From positions 434,001 to 498,000 of the forward strand of contig OW569362.1 in NCBI GenBank assembly GCA_937625935.1: a stretch of 64,000 bases of DNA. Direction: 5' to 3'. Of this stretch, positions 34,244-44,895 are shown piece after piece. The position numbers and the translations under genes were made by a program. The stretch comes from Tetramitus jugosus (Eukaryota; Protista; Heterolobosea). The number at the start of each line of letters is the position of its first letter. The stretch's first letter is position 1. The notes beneath the pieces are model-generated. The model did no database searches and was not told the DNA's origin. It saw nothing but the letters and a program-made list of their open reading frames with translations.

Positions 34244-35377
34244 CTACAAGTTGGCGAAGAGAGAGATGATGACAGAGAGAACAACAATCCATCCACCAAC
34301 ACTGGTCATGGATGCACCACCAATGTAGGCATCAGCAACACCATATTCACTCTTCGTGGAGACCTTGTGGCAATCGTGCCATGAAACAAGCTCATCCAAA
34401 CACTTTCTCTTGTAGCAGCTGTCTGGAACAGCAAAGGTATATTGAGTCACGGCTCTTCTACATTTGGTAAGCACACAAGCTGCTGCCTTAGCATATTGTG
34501 GAGCACAAGAGAGCAAATTCAATGGGGAAGTACACTTCTTAGAGTTACACAAGCAATACAATCCAGGTACAATGGAGCTGCAGTCACTTTGAGTTTCACA
34601 TGCGATACGATCAGCACATTGGTTCTTGTAGCAGAAGAGACCAGATCTGCAAACCTTTGAGAGGTCTGAAGTCACAGGCTCACACAGGTCACCACGTCCA
34701 GCAAAATTACGACACTTGTTCTGACTGTCGCAATACATGTTTTCATTACAGTTGTTACCAAGGAGACTGATCATACAGCTTCCACCTTCGCTGTTTTGTT
34801 GAGCAACACACTTGCTGCCGAAACAGTATCCACTCTTACATTCACCACCGACGTTACATACTTCACCATTGTCGAGGAATGGTTGACAGGAGAGAGAAGA
34901 AGACTTGCAGTACAAATCGTTGCCACATGAACCCAAAAGGTCGCTAAGAATTGGGATGCATGTGTCACCCTTTTGCAAAGCAGCACACTTGCCCTTGTTA
35001 CATGGAACACCGACTGGACATTGAGCATCCAATTCACAAGAGTCACCGAGACCCTTCATCCACTTGCACTTTGAAGCCAAACACTTGAGCGCAGGTGTGA
35101 CCTGAGAGAACAATGAATTGACAGCATAGCAATCTTTGTTTGTTTTGCAGGTGGCACCAGCATAAAGTTCTTGAACCTTACATGTGGCAGAGTCAATGTC
35201 ACACTCAGCAGGAAGTGCACAAGGTGGACGCAACAATCCACAAACATCCCCAACTTTGGTAAAGCCGTCGCCTTCTGGGACACACACAGCCTTTGCTGTC
35301 AAAAGTTCAGCATGAACAGTGAAGCAGCTCAAGAGAGCAGCAATTACAAGAACAACGAGCGCAATATGTTGTCTCAT
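34244..35377 (-). CDS. Cys-rich secreted, probably GPI-anchored surface protein (paralogue A)
   Basis: Signal peptide MRQHIALVVLVIAALLSCFTVHA; repeated G-x-x-C...C...GLYC modules; small-residue omega region followed by a hydrophobic C-terminal tail. Confidence 0.85.
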   Translation of the reverse strand: MRQHIALVVLVIAALLSCFTVHAELLTAKAVCVPEGDGFTKVGDVCGLLRPPCALPAECDIDSATCKVQELYAGATCKTNKDCYAVNSLFSQVTPALKCLASKCKWMKGLGDSCELDAQCPVGVPCNKGKCAALQKGDTCIPILSDLLGSCGNDLYCKSSSLSCQPFLDNGEVCNVGGECKSGYCFGSKCVAQQNSEGGSCMISLLGNNCNENMYCDSQNKCRNFAGRGDLCEPVTSDLSKVCRSGLFCYKNQCADRIACETQSDCSSIVPGLYCLCNSKKCTSPLNLLSCAPQYAKAAACVLTKCRRAVTQYTFAVPDSCYKRKCLDELVSWHDCHKVSTKSEYGVADAYIGGASMTSVGGWIVVLSVIISLFANL

Positions 35378-36105
35378 TTTTATCTATTTACTAGTAGTCT
35401 ATTAATTATGTTTGTTTTTTTGATTGGGACCACCAGGTATTCGCCCTGTCACCTCCAGTGTTAAATCATGGGGCAGCCAAAATTCCGGCAGCTGAACTGA
35501 CATTGACGCTGAGGGAACGGCCCCCAAGATGATATTTGACCATGTTGGTAACTTCCGATAGACTCTTGACTTAGGCAAACGACCAACAAAGAGACAAGTG
35601 ATGCTAGATAGGCTCTGAACTCCCAGAATCATCAGTCGGTGATTCCGCTTGTTCCACATGATCGTTCGCAGGGAGAAAATCTTCTGAACTTTGGTTCTCA
35701 AAATTCGCCTGTTTAACCTCTACAGCTAATTGAAAGATTCGAAACCACAGATTTATGATTTTCTCCGTGGGACACAGCGATTGTGCAATCGTAAACCTTT
35801 GTTACAAGCAACAAGTTGGAATTTTTACTTCTCGGTTCGGTCAACTGAGCAGAACATCAGACCGAGCTTTCTGAGGCCGTGTGATGATGTTGCTGGTGTT
35901 GAAAATACCGAACAATTGATTCTTAAGTCACTGACAGCGACTCTCAGACCAATAGAGATGTTTGTGATTCAAGGCATTCAGTTAATAAACTAAACAATTT
36001 CTGGCCGTTTGTCCTCTGGAAACATAATAAGCGATTCAGATCTCGTGCGACAACAAATAATTGTTTACTATCATGTGTCAGTTTACTCTGCAAGGAGCTA
36101 GCCTC

Positions 36106-37242
36106 CTACAAGTTGGAGAAGAGGGAGATGATGACAAAGGGGACAACAATCCATCCACCAACACTGGTCATGGATGCACCACCGATGTAGGCATCAGCAA
36201 CACCATACTCGCTCGTAGTGGAGACCTTGTGGCAATCGTGCCATGAAACAAGCTCATCCAAGCATTTTCTCTTGTAGCAGCTGTCTGGAACAGCAAAGGT
36301 ATACTGAGTCAAAAATCTTCTACACTTTGTCGTCATGCAGACCTCTGCCTTAGCATATTGTGGAGTACAGGAGAATGAGTCCAATGGAGAAGTACACTTC
36401 TTGGAGGTACACAAGCAATACAATCCTGGTGCAATGGAGCTGCAATCACTTTGAGTTTCACATGAGAAACGGTCCATACATTGGTTCTTGTAGCAGAAGA
36501 GACCCGATTGCGGATTGCAAAACTTGGAGAGGTCTGAAGTCACAGGCTCACACAAGTCTCCGCGTCCAGCATAATTTCGGCACTTGTTCTCACTGTCGCA
36601 ATACATGTTTTCATTACAGTTGTTAAGAACCCTCAACTTCATACAGCTCCCACCTTCGCTGTTTTGTTGAGCAACACACTTGCTGCCGAAACAATATCCA
36701 CTCTGACATTCACCACCGACGTTACATACTTCACCATTGTCGAGGAATGGTTGACAGGAGAGAGAAGAAGACTTGCAGTACAAATCGTTGCCACATGAAC
36801 CCAATAAGATATCAGCAACTGGGACGCATGTGTCACCCTTCTGCAAAGCAGCACACTTGCCTTTGTTACATGGAACACCGACTGGACATTGATCATTCAG
36901 TTCACAAGAGTCACCGAGACCCTTCATCCACTTGCACTTTGAAGCCAAACACTTGAGCGCAGGTGTGACCTGAGAGAACAATGAATTGACAGCATAGCAA
37001 TCTTTGTTTGTTTTGCAGGTGGCACCAGCATAAAGTTCTTGAACCTTACATGTGGCAGAGTCAATGTCACACTCCGCAGGAGATGCACAAAGTGGAAGCC
37101 CCAATCCACAAGATGCCCCAGCCTTGGAATAGCCAAGGCCTGTTGAGGCACATACGGCCTTTGTCAATACTTCAGCATGAACAGTGAAGCAGCTCAAGAG
37201 AGCAGCAATTACAAGAACAAAGAGTGAAATATGTTGTTTCAT
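36106..37242 (-). CDS. Cys-rich secreted, probably GPI-anchored surface protein (paralogue B)
   Basis: Colinear tandem duplicate of 34244-35377 with the same Cys spacing. Confidence 0.85.
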   Translation of the reverse strand: MKQHISLFVLVIAALLSCFTVHAEVLTKAVCASTGLGYSKAGASCGLGLPLCASPAECDIDSATCKVQELYAGATCKTNKDCYAVNSLFSQVTPALKCLASKCKWMKGLGDSCELNDQCPVGVPCNKGKCAALQKGDTCVPVADILLGSCGNDLYCKSSSLSCQPFLDNGEVCNVGGECQSGYCFGSKCVAQQNSEGGSCMKLRVLNNCNENMYCDSENKCRNYAGRGDLCEPVTSDLSKFCNPQSGLFCYKNQCMDRFSCETQSDCSSIAPGLYCLCTSKKCTSPLDSFSCTPQYAKAEVCMTTKCRRFLTQYTFAVPDSCYKRKCLDELVSWHDCHKVSTTSEYGVADAYIGGASMTSVGGWIVVPFVIISLFSNL

Positions 37243-38847
37243 TTTATCTATTTCCTGGTAGGTGTTTGGTAGTAGTCAACCAATTCAATTAGTTTTGTGT
37301 TTTTTGATCGAGATCACAGGTATGTTACTGTAACATCCAATGTTAAATGCTGTAGGATAGGACTTTGGTTTAAGGATCAAGAGGTCCTTCTCACTTGTTC
37401 TTTATTGGTTATTTTGCTTTCCGACATGGTCTATGACAGGTGAAGAAAATTTGTGTGCCTCGAAATTCGCCTTTTAAACCATGTTTTTGTTTGGAGGTGT
37501 TTGGGTGCCCATCATACATCTTCTAACGGCTCAAGAACCATCTTCTTCATCGATGCGAGTGGAAGTCAATGTCGGCCCAAATATCGTTACACTTCAACCG
37601 TAGATGTGAGAAGATTTTTTTCATGGGAAATCAAAATGAAAATTTCCAGCAGTTTGCGGGTGCGAAGCGCAAACTGTTCGTCCTTCCAACTGCAGTTCTG
37701 GCACATCATCACACCTGACACACTCAGCAAGTCTACAATAAGAGAGTGCAAGTAACGACATAACAACAACAACAAAAAAACAAAACCACACGCTACCTAC
37801 CTACCCCTACCCCTTGCAGTAAAACCCACAAGCCAACCTCTCAACCGCTTTATTACTCTCTGACTGGTGCTCGATCTCAATGCTTAATCTTATGCTCTAT
37901 CGCCAAAACACAATGAAAAAGAGTCATGAAATCCACACTACCACAAAAAAGCAACAACAACCATCATTCTCTACTACCTCTTCCAGAAGCAGCAACAGCT
38001 CATTTGAGTCCATCTCTCTCAGTCCTCCATTTTTTCATCATGGTGAAGGACCAGCCAGCACAGTGGCAATTAAGGGTGCCTTATCATGGGTCATTGGAAA
38101 GTCTCATTAGTAGATTCCATGAAAAAACCAATGACAAAATGTTGCTCATTCTGGTCATCCTCTTGTTTAGCTATATAGCTTTAGCAAACGATTGGTCGAA
38201 CCATGAGCTTCTGCTTCAAAGCTTGTCAAATTATTACTATTCTATCAAGACTATTATAAAGGATACATTGAAAATTGAAACTACTGTGGTGTGCGCACCT
38301 CGTTTCATTTTTTTTGCGTAAGCTTACGTCTTTTTTGAGAGAGAGAATATTCAAATGTGTGCTCTGTAGCTGAGGACTGGACTTTGAAAGAGTGATTTTT
38401 TTGGAGGCGATTCGTCTGTGGAATGAGTGAGAAAGAGATTATTGTGTGTGAGTGGATATCACTGTGGTGCTTTGTGTTGTTGGCGCATTGTTTTTGTAGG
38501 GCCTATTTACAGCACAAGAACAAGGGTATGAATGTTGCTATCTAACAACTTTTATTTTTTATTCATTGTTTTGTTTTGTGTGTTATCCTGTCATCGTATT
38601 CTTGTTTCATTGGAGAGTCGTTGTGTGTCCAATACAATAAATAAAATGTCCTTGTGTTTGCAGTTTCCAGTGTTGTTTCATTCACTCGTTCGCAGTGCGG
38701 AAAAACACTTTTGAGGGGAAAAAAACCAAATCACACCCCTCCTAATAACTTATTACAAACAACATCATATTATCATCTTTATCTCAACAACAACAACAAC
38801 CAACAAACAACAAGATCAATAACATGCACAAGACTACAAAAAAAAAT

Positions 38848-41800
38848 ATGAACAGCAATCGCAGGTTCAATCTCCTTCTCCTGCAAGAAAATGAAATCTA
38901 TTACAATGACTACTCTGCTACACTATTCTCTTCTCGTACAGGTAGATCCAAACACAATGGAAGACTTCATTTTTGTTCTCATTCATTGATATTTGTGCCA
39001 GATGAGACAAGAGTGCCTATTCTGAGCATGGAATACTGTCACATGGATCCAAAAGAGAGTTTTCAACTGTATTCACCTGTTCGATCACTAGAGAGTTCAT
39101 TTCGATCCTTCTTGTCCAATGGTGAAGATCACTTGTTCACTATCAAGTTGAATCAAGTGACACAAATGAAGGTTCAAAACAGAAATCATCCATATATTGT
39201 TAAAAAATTGAGTGAAGGTGGCAGTGGTGGAATGAGTGATGATGATTCTCTGTGGGATGATGGTTCATATACTAGTAGTAGTAGTAGTAATAGCAATAGT
39301 GCCATTCAGAGTAATGTCATTGTGATTGGATTGACGTACATGACAGCTCAAGAATTGATTCAAAAAGTGAAACCGATTTTTCAATTGTGGACACCGACGT
39401 TTAACAGCAAGAGCAATTCGTTTGTAAAGCAATCAAAGCTTCAAATCATTGACCGAATCAAAAAAGAGTATCAAAACTATCAGAATCAGTTCACGTTCGA
39501 TGTCACGTGGTTGGAAGACTTTAGAGAACAGCAAGTATATGAGACGAATGGTGTGCGTGTGACTCCACTGGTCGATACACCTGGTAGGATCATGCTCACT
39601 ACTGCACGCATCTATTTTCAACCGTTTAACAACATTAGTTCAAAGCCTGTCAAGAAATATGACTTGAGAGATGTTGTGCGTGTGATGAAGAGAAGACATG
39701 TGCTGCGACATACGGGTATTGAGATTTATATGAAGAGTGGAGAGTGCATCTTTTTCAGTTTTAGGAGTGCAATCGAGAGAGATGAGATTTTCTTGAAAAT
39801 GTTGCAACAACCGGTGCTCAATTCGATTTCCGCGGACGATTTGAACAACATGACACTCAAGTGGCAGAGTGGACTCATTTCAAACTTTGATTATTTAATG
39901 TATTTGAATTTCATTGCTGATCGATCGTTTAATGATTTGACTCAATACCCAGTGTTTCCTTGGGTGATTGCTGATTATACGAGCAGTGTGTTGAAACTTG
40001 ACGGAGATGAGACGAACACGTTCAGAGATTTGTCCAAACCGATTGGTGCATTGAACGATAAGAGATTGAGGCGTTTCCAGGAGAGATATCGTGAGATGCC
40101 TGATCCTAAATTCCTTTACGGAACACACTATTCTACACCTGGTTACGTTCTCTATTTTTTGATTAGAGAGGCTCCCGAGTATATGCTCAGACTTCAGAGT
40201 GGTAAATTCGATGCACCCGACCGTATTTTCAACGGTATTGCTCAGTCATGGAACGGAGTGTTTGAGAATGATGCTGACTTGAAGGAGTTGATTCCAGAGT
40301 TCTATCAGGGAACAGGTGAATTCTTGGTCAATACTCAGCAACTAGACCTGGGAGTGAAGCACAATGGACAGCGAGTAAATCATGTGAGTCTGCCAGCATG
40401 GGCCGACAATGAAAAGGACTTTATTTTTAAGAATCGACTGGCTCTGGAGAGCTCTTATGTGAGTGACAATTTGCATCACTGGATTGATCTTATCTTTGGT
40501 TATAAGCAGAGAGGTGTCGAGGCAGCCAATGCAGACAACTTGTTCTATTATCTAACTTATGAGGGTGCTGTGGACATTGATAAGATTCATGATCCAATGG
40601 AAAGGAGCAGCATCGAGATGCAAATTCGAGAGTTTGGTCAGACTCCAAAGCAAATATTCACTAGACCTCATCCTAAACGTAGAGCCGGTACAGACATGTC
40701 ACAAATTAATCTTTCATCGGTTACTGATGACAATATTATCCAGATGCATTCGATTCAAACAGCTCAGAATGATCTATCAACTGATTTTTCTGAGCCAATC
40801 AAGACTGAGAAGTCTCACACGAGAACATGGAGCGATGATATATTCAATTCAACTCTCGAAAGCATCGGTTTGAACTCAAAGATTTCTTCGCGTCCATCTA
40901 CACCAGTTTCCTCATCATTAGGAAAGGCGGCTAAGAATAATACTGCTGCCGATGACGATGAAATGAGCATTGATGATCTCCTTGTTACGAACTTTTCTCG
41001 AAAGTCATCATTCCGGACACCTACTAGCACTTCTAGAGCTGAGTCTACCCCAGCCTCGCCTACTTCTCCACTTTCTGGCAGACGATTGAGATTGCAAAAT
41101 GTAGCTAATTCACGCATTAGTTCACCACAGGCTGAAGTTCTGAATGATTCTGGTCCAAAATTCAAGAAACTTGACCAGTACCGTCAGTTTATTACAGCCA
41201 AACTGCATCGCGAAACCATTGGCGGTATCGTCATATCTCCAATAGACAACCGGGTATATACTGCGAGTCATGACGCGAGTGTAAAGATTTATTCGACCGA
41301 TAGTCAGAGACAGTTGAGAAGGATTGCAGATATGGGTGATATGGCTCTTTCGTCTCTTGTATCTATGCCCAGCAATTTGACTGGTGAGTCTCGTGTTCTC
41401 ATCGTGAGCTCATGGGACAACAATGTGTATGCTTACTCTGTAGATTATGGGCGCATATTAGACACCATACATGGTCATGAAGATGCTGTGTCAAAGATTA
41501 GTATTAGTGGCGACGTTTTTATGTCCAGCTCCTGGGATAGCAGTGTCAAATTCTGGAAGTGTATCCCTTCTGGCTTCAGCAAGGTACCAATCATGGACTT
41601 TAGTGAGCATCAATCACCAATTCATACATGCTGTATGGATAACAGCGGTACGATGGCTGTGTCTGGAGCAGAGGACGGTGATATTACAGTGTATGATTTG
41701 CGACAAAAGAAACAAGTGTGTAGCTTCACTGGTCACATGGATTCGATCACTGATGTTTGCTTCTTGGGTAATGATTCAAGAAGGATAGTTTCATGCTCCA

Positions 41801-42072
41801 AGGATCAAACAATCAAATTGTTTGAGATTAATGGTGCCGAGAGCTTTAGTTATGCACCAAAGGAAATTGTTCGATGTATTGCCTCTGATGGTGATTTGCT
41901 CTATTCAGGAGGTGATTCAGGTGTGCTCAAGATGTGGAACGCGCGTGATGGATCGCTCGTCGATACAAAGGATTCTCATCCAGGATCTTCCATCACCTGC
42001 ATATCCTTCTCTGGAGACCTGCAGAGTATGGCTACGGGAGCCAAGGATGGCAGTCTTTCATTCTACAGGTAA
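38848..42072 (+). CDS. NSMAF: FAN/NSMAF-like GRAM-BEACH-WD40 protein
   Basis: RFNLLLL N-terminus, GRLHFCSHSLIFVP, KWQSGLISNFDYLMYLN..ADRSFNDLTQYPVFPW, LYGTHYSTPGYV, KELIPEFY, WIDLIFGYKQRG, FGQTPKQIF, C-terminal WD40 repeats. Confidence 0.92.
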   Translation: MNSNRRFNLLLLQENEIYYNDYSATLFSSRTGRSKHNGRLHFCSHSLIFVPDETRVPILSMEYCHMDPKESFQLYSPVRSLESSFRSFLSNGEDHLFTIKLNQVTQMKVQNRNHPYIVKKLSEGGSGGMSDDDSLWDDGSYTSSSSSNSNSAIQSNVIVIGLTYMTAQELIQKVKPIFQLWTPTFNSKSNSFVKQSKLQIIDRIKKEYQNYQNQFTFDVTWLEDFREQQVYETNGVRVTPLVDTPGRIMLTTARIYFQPFNNISSKPVKKYDLRDVVRVMKRRHVLRHTGIEIYMKSGECIFFSFRSAIERDEIFLKMLQQPVLNSISADDLNNMTLKWQSGLISNFDYLMYLNFIADRSFNDLTQYPVFPWVIADYTSSVLKLDGDETNTFRDLSKPIGALNDKRLRRFQERYREMPDPKFLYGTHYSTPGYVLYFLIREAPEYMLRLQSGKFDAPDRIFNGIAQSWNGVFENDADLKELIPEFYQGTGEFLVNTQQLDLGVKHNGQRVNHVSLPAWADNEKDFIFKNRLALESSYVSDNLHHWIDLIFGYKQRGVEAANADNLFYYLTYEGAVDIDKIHDPMERSSIEMQIREFGQTPKQIFTRPHPKRRAGTDMSQINLSSVTDDNIIQMHSIQTAQNDLSTDFSEPIKTEKSHTRTWSDDIFNSTLESIGLNSKISSRPSTPVSSSLGKAAKNNTAADDDEMSIDDLLVTNFSRKSSFRTPTSTSRAESTPASPTSPLSGRRLRLQNVANSRISSPQAEVLNDSGPKFKKLDQYRQFITAKLHRETIGGIVISPIDNRVYTASHDASVKIYSTDSQRQLRRIADMGDMALSSLVSMPSNLTGESRVLIVSSWDNNVYAYSVDYGRILDTIHGHEDAVSKISISGDVFMSSSWDSSVKFWKCIPSGFSKVPIMDFSEHQSPIHTCCMDNSGTMAVSGAEDGDITVYDLRQKKQVCSFTGHMDSITDVCFLGNDSRRIVSCSKDQTIKLFEINGAESFSYAPKEIVRCIASDGDLLYSGGDSGVLKMWNARDGSLVDTKDSHPGSSITCISFSGDLQSMATGAKDGSLSFYR

Positions 42073-42135
42073 TTCATCGCTCAGGATATCATCCCACGAA
42101 TAAAACCATTCCATGAAATCATAGCATAACTTAGT

Positions 42136-42984
42136 TTATAGGATAAATTGGATTCTCTGGGATAGAACTTTCATTTTGATTTCACTCAACCTGGACCGCT
42201 TGGGCAGTTCTCTCGAGAGGAGGTTCGAGAATTTTAGAGGTGATTCCATGATATCATCATCACTATCTTCCACGTGTTCATCGAGTGATTGGTGGGAGGA
42301 TACACTTTGATTTTCACTGCTCTCGTGATTCATGCTATCCAAGTTGATTAATACATCACCTAGCAACACAATTGAATCAGTATCGGTATCAGATTGTGAA
42401 TTCTCAGATAGTTGGGTAATAGCCACAAACTCGACAGTAGAGTCATTATCTGGTACTTCAGCATTCAATGTCAAGGTAGTATCCTCCAGGCTCAACAGTG
42501 ACGCTATTGAACTTCTAGATAGGAGATCACTAGTTAGTGTCTGGCATGTTGTTTCACTACTATGTTCACTATCTGTTGAGTTCGTGTGGCTGCTGTGGCT
42601 CAACTTACTCTTCTCATAACTGAGAGACTTCTTGGAGCTCTGTATGGAGATATCACTCAGCGATTGTCTTTCATTTTGGCTCGAAACGCTTTTCTTGGTG
42701 GTGCTGGATGCTTGCAGAGGCTTGAGTGCAGTACAGGAAGTAGATGACGGCTTGGGATTGATGTTCTCCTTGTCCTCATGTGATTGGAAGGCCTTATTTG
42801 AGAGTTGGCGTTGTTTTTCATGATTATCGTGACATGAATTGAACCAAGAAGAGTTATTGAGACTGTCCCGGTGGTTCAAAGAGTCTCTAGATGAGAAGTC
42901 ACAGTACTTTGGAGCATTAAACTCATAGTTGGGATCATAGAAGTATTGATCAGCAGTCCCAGAGTTCAGTTGGTAATGGTCCAT
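42136..42984 (-). CDS. TPX2-like Aurora-binding-motif protein with a KEN box
   Basis: N-terminal DPNYEFNAPKYCDF...SWF resembles the TPX2 Y-x-F/Y-D-A-P...F...WF motif; DKENINP; the remainder is S/D-rich and disordered. Confidence 0.65.
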   Translation of the reverse strand: MDHYQLNSGTADQYFYDPNYEFNAPKYCDFSSRDSLNHRDSLNNSSWFNSCHDNHEKQRQLSNKAFQSHEDKENINPKPSSTSCTALKPLQASSTTKKSVSSQNERQSLSDISIQSSKKSLSYEKSKLSHSSHTNSTDSEHSSETTCQTLTSDLLSRSSIASLLSLEDTTLTLNAEVPDNDSTVEFVAITQLSENSQSDTDTDSIVLLGDVLINLDSMNHESSENQSVSSHQSLDEHVEDSDDDIMESPLKFSNLLSRELPKRSRLSEIKMKVLSQRIQFIL

Positions 42985-43087
42985 AATGGTATTGATAATA
43001 AATTAGGTGGATTTGTTTGTTGGTCGTGTACTATCTATCATTCGCCTTCTGAAATTCGGCCCTGAAATCTCTGAGCGGTAATTCGTA

Positions 43088-43125
43088 ATTGGAGTAACGT
43101 TTATAAAATTATTGGTTTTGGCGCG
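43088..43125 (-). promoter_or_regulatory. Two CCAAT boxes plus an E2F-type element upstream of the TPX2-like gene
   Basis: ATTGG at 43088-43092 and 43111-43115; TTTTGGCGCG at 43116-43125. Confidence 0.55.
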
Positions 43126-43156
43126 AGGCAAATAAGGGGAATTCCAGGAGAATCTC

Positions 43157-44774
43157 TCAAAGAATAGACAGAACGCTTCTTGTGTACAACATGAGCTCTG
43201 GTATCTGTTCATACATGACTCTGGCATGAACAGCATACAATGTTCCATACAAGAGCGACTCAATGCTGCTGCCATGAGAAGGAAGCATCTCGAAATGTGT
43301 CTTCTTGGATGTAGTAGCTGCCAAATCCTGCAAATGCCTAGCTGCACACACACAATACTTGACAATGGTAATCACTTCATTGATCACACCCTTGTCCAAG
43401 TGAACTCTTGGTGTTTGATGCATTGGTTGTTGATTCTTTCGAATGTTCGTATTGTTCAACACAATTTGCAAGAGTTGCATATGAGACAACTTCTCAATTG
43501 CACTCCGCTGAGCTACCAATGACATGTGAGTTTGCTCTTCTCTCTCCGTGTACATTTGTGCTTGATTGCTTCCACTTCCATTGTTCTTGGTTTCCTCCAG
43601 AGTAATCTGCTCTGTCGAAATGACCTCTGAGGTCGAATTCTTGTTCATCAGTTTAGAAATGTATTGCCATGATGGTACAATGTACGGCATCCCACCACTC
43701 ATGACTCTATACATGACATGACACATGTCCAACAGCACATTGACATCAAACACGTCCAAATACTGAATAAACACTTGCAATAGAACTCTAATGACTGTTT
43801 GGAATGAATCATTGGCGTTCATGCTATTGAACAATGGTAATTTACAGTCTCTAAAGTACGTTCCTCTCAACTCGAGTGAAGACACTTGTTGATTGCGATT
43901 GAACGATTGAAGAGCAGACGATGTCAACGCACTAGGTGAGCTATAATTGTTTTGTGAAGCAAGATCGTTGCTTGATGAACCACCATTACTCATATTTGCA
44001 GCTGTAGCAGCAATGGGACTCGTAGTAGCCGATGCAGCTGCAGCAGGAGTCGACACAGTGCTCGTGGGTGCATTGAGCAAATTACTGGATGAGGCACTGT
44101 GAACAGATGCATTGCCATCAGAGTGACTACTGTGTGAGTGATGCACTTCAGCAATGTTATAAATGGATTTTTGATTATTGAAGAGTTGAGTCAATAATCG
44201 AAATTGATTACTCTTATTGTTACTATTGTTGTTACTACTGTTGATATTGTTTCTTTGATAGGCTTCACAATTATAAATGCACAACAATACAGCTTGCACT
44301 ACAATACGATTATTAAGTATGTGTGTGTGTGTGTGTGTGTGTGAGTAAAGCTACTACTATTGTGTTGTTGATGATCAAACACGAAGAAAAAAAAAATTCA
44401 TCAACAATAGACAAACAGACAAACATACCAATTGGATTTTTTTGATGAATGAGTTCAGTGTACAAGCAAACAGGCAAATGATTCAACAGTGGAAATTTGA
44501 GCAAATCATGATTCGTCTTGTACCATTCACACAAGACGAAAAAATAGTCTTGAATTTGTTCATCAGATACGTTACTAGTAGTAGTAGTAGTAGTAGATTT
44601 GTTATTTTTCAGTAGAGATTGATTCATGACATGATAGAGCTCATGATTGGAGATGACTTGACCAGCAAGTGCAATGTAAGAGTCATATGATGAGGATGAT
44701 GATGATGATTGTTGTTGTTGTTGTTGGGAGATTTGTTTCCTTAGATTGGAAAGCTGATTTAATACTTGATCCAT
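43157..44774 (-). CDS. FAM126: Hyccin/FAM126 (PI4KA complex subunit); intron 44299-44428
   Basis: LLNHLPVCLY...VQAVLLCIYNCE, RVHLDKGVINE, TLYAVHARVMYEQIPELML match hyccin helices; the GT-AG intron restores the frame. Confidence 0.75.
44320..44343. repeat. (TG)n microsatellite inside the hyccin intron
   Basis: About 12 TG units seen directly. Confidence 0.9.
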
Positions 44775-44895
44775 TCTTCTCTTTTTGTTTTAGTTCCCTT
44801 GGTGGAAAAGCTTTTGGTGGTGTTTTTTTTTCGCTTGTTTTGCTTTTTTCACTTTTTCCAATTCGCCGCTTTGGGAACAAGAGAAGCAGAGAAAC

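Larger units (their letters stand above)
34180..37480 (-). repeat. Tandem segmental duplication (~34180-35720 vs ~36065-37480)
   Basis: Shared coding sequence plus residual flank similarity (AGGTAT...CTGT-AC-TCCA-TGTTAAAT; AAATTCGCCT...AACC at ~35700 and ~37465). Confidence 0.85.

Noticed and set aside
37860-37880. TGGTGCTC resembling the antizyme +1 frameshift context
   Set aside because: No TCC-TGA shift site, and no antizyme ORF2 motifs downstream.
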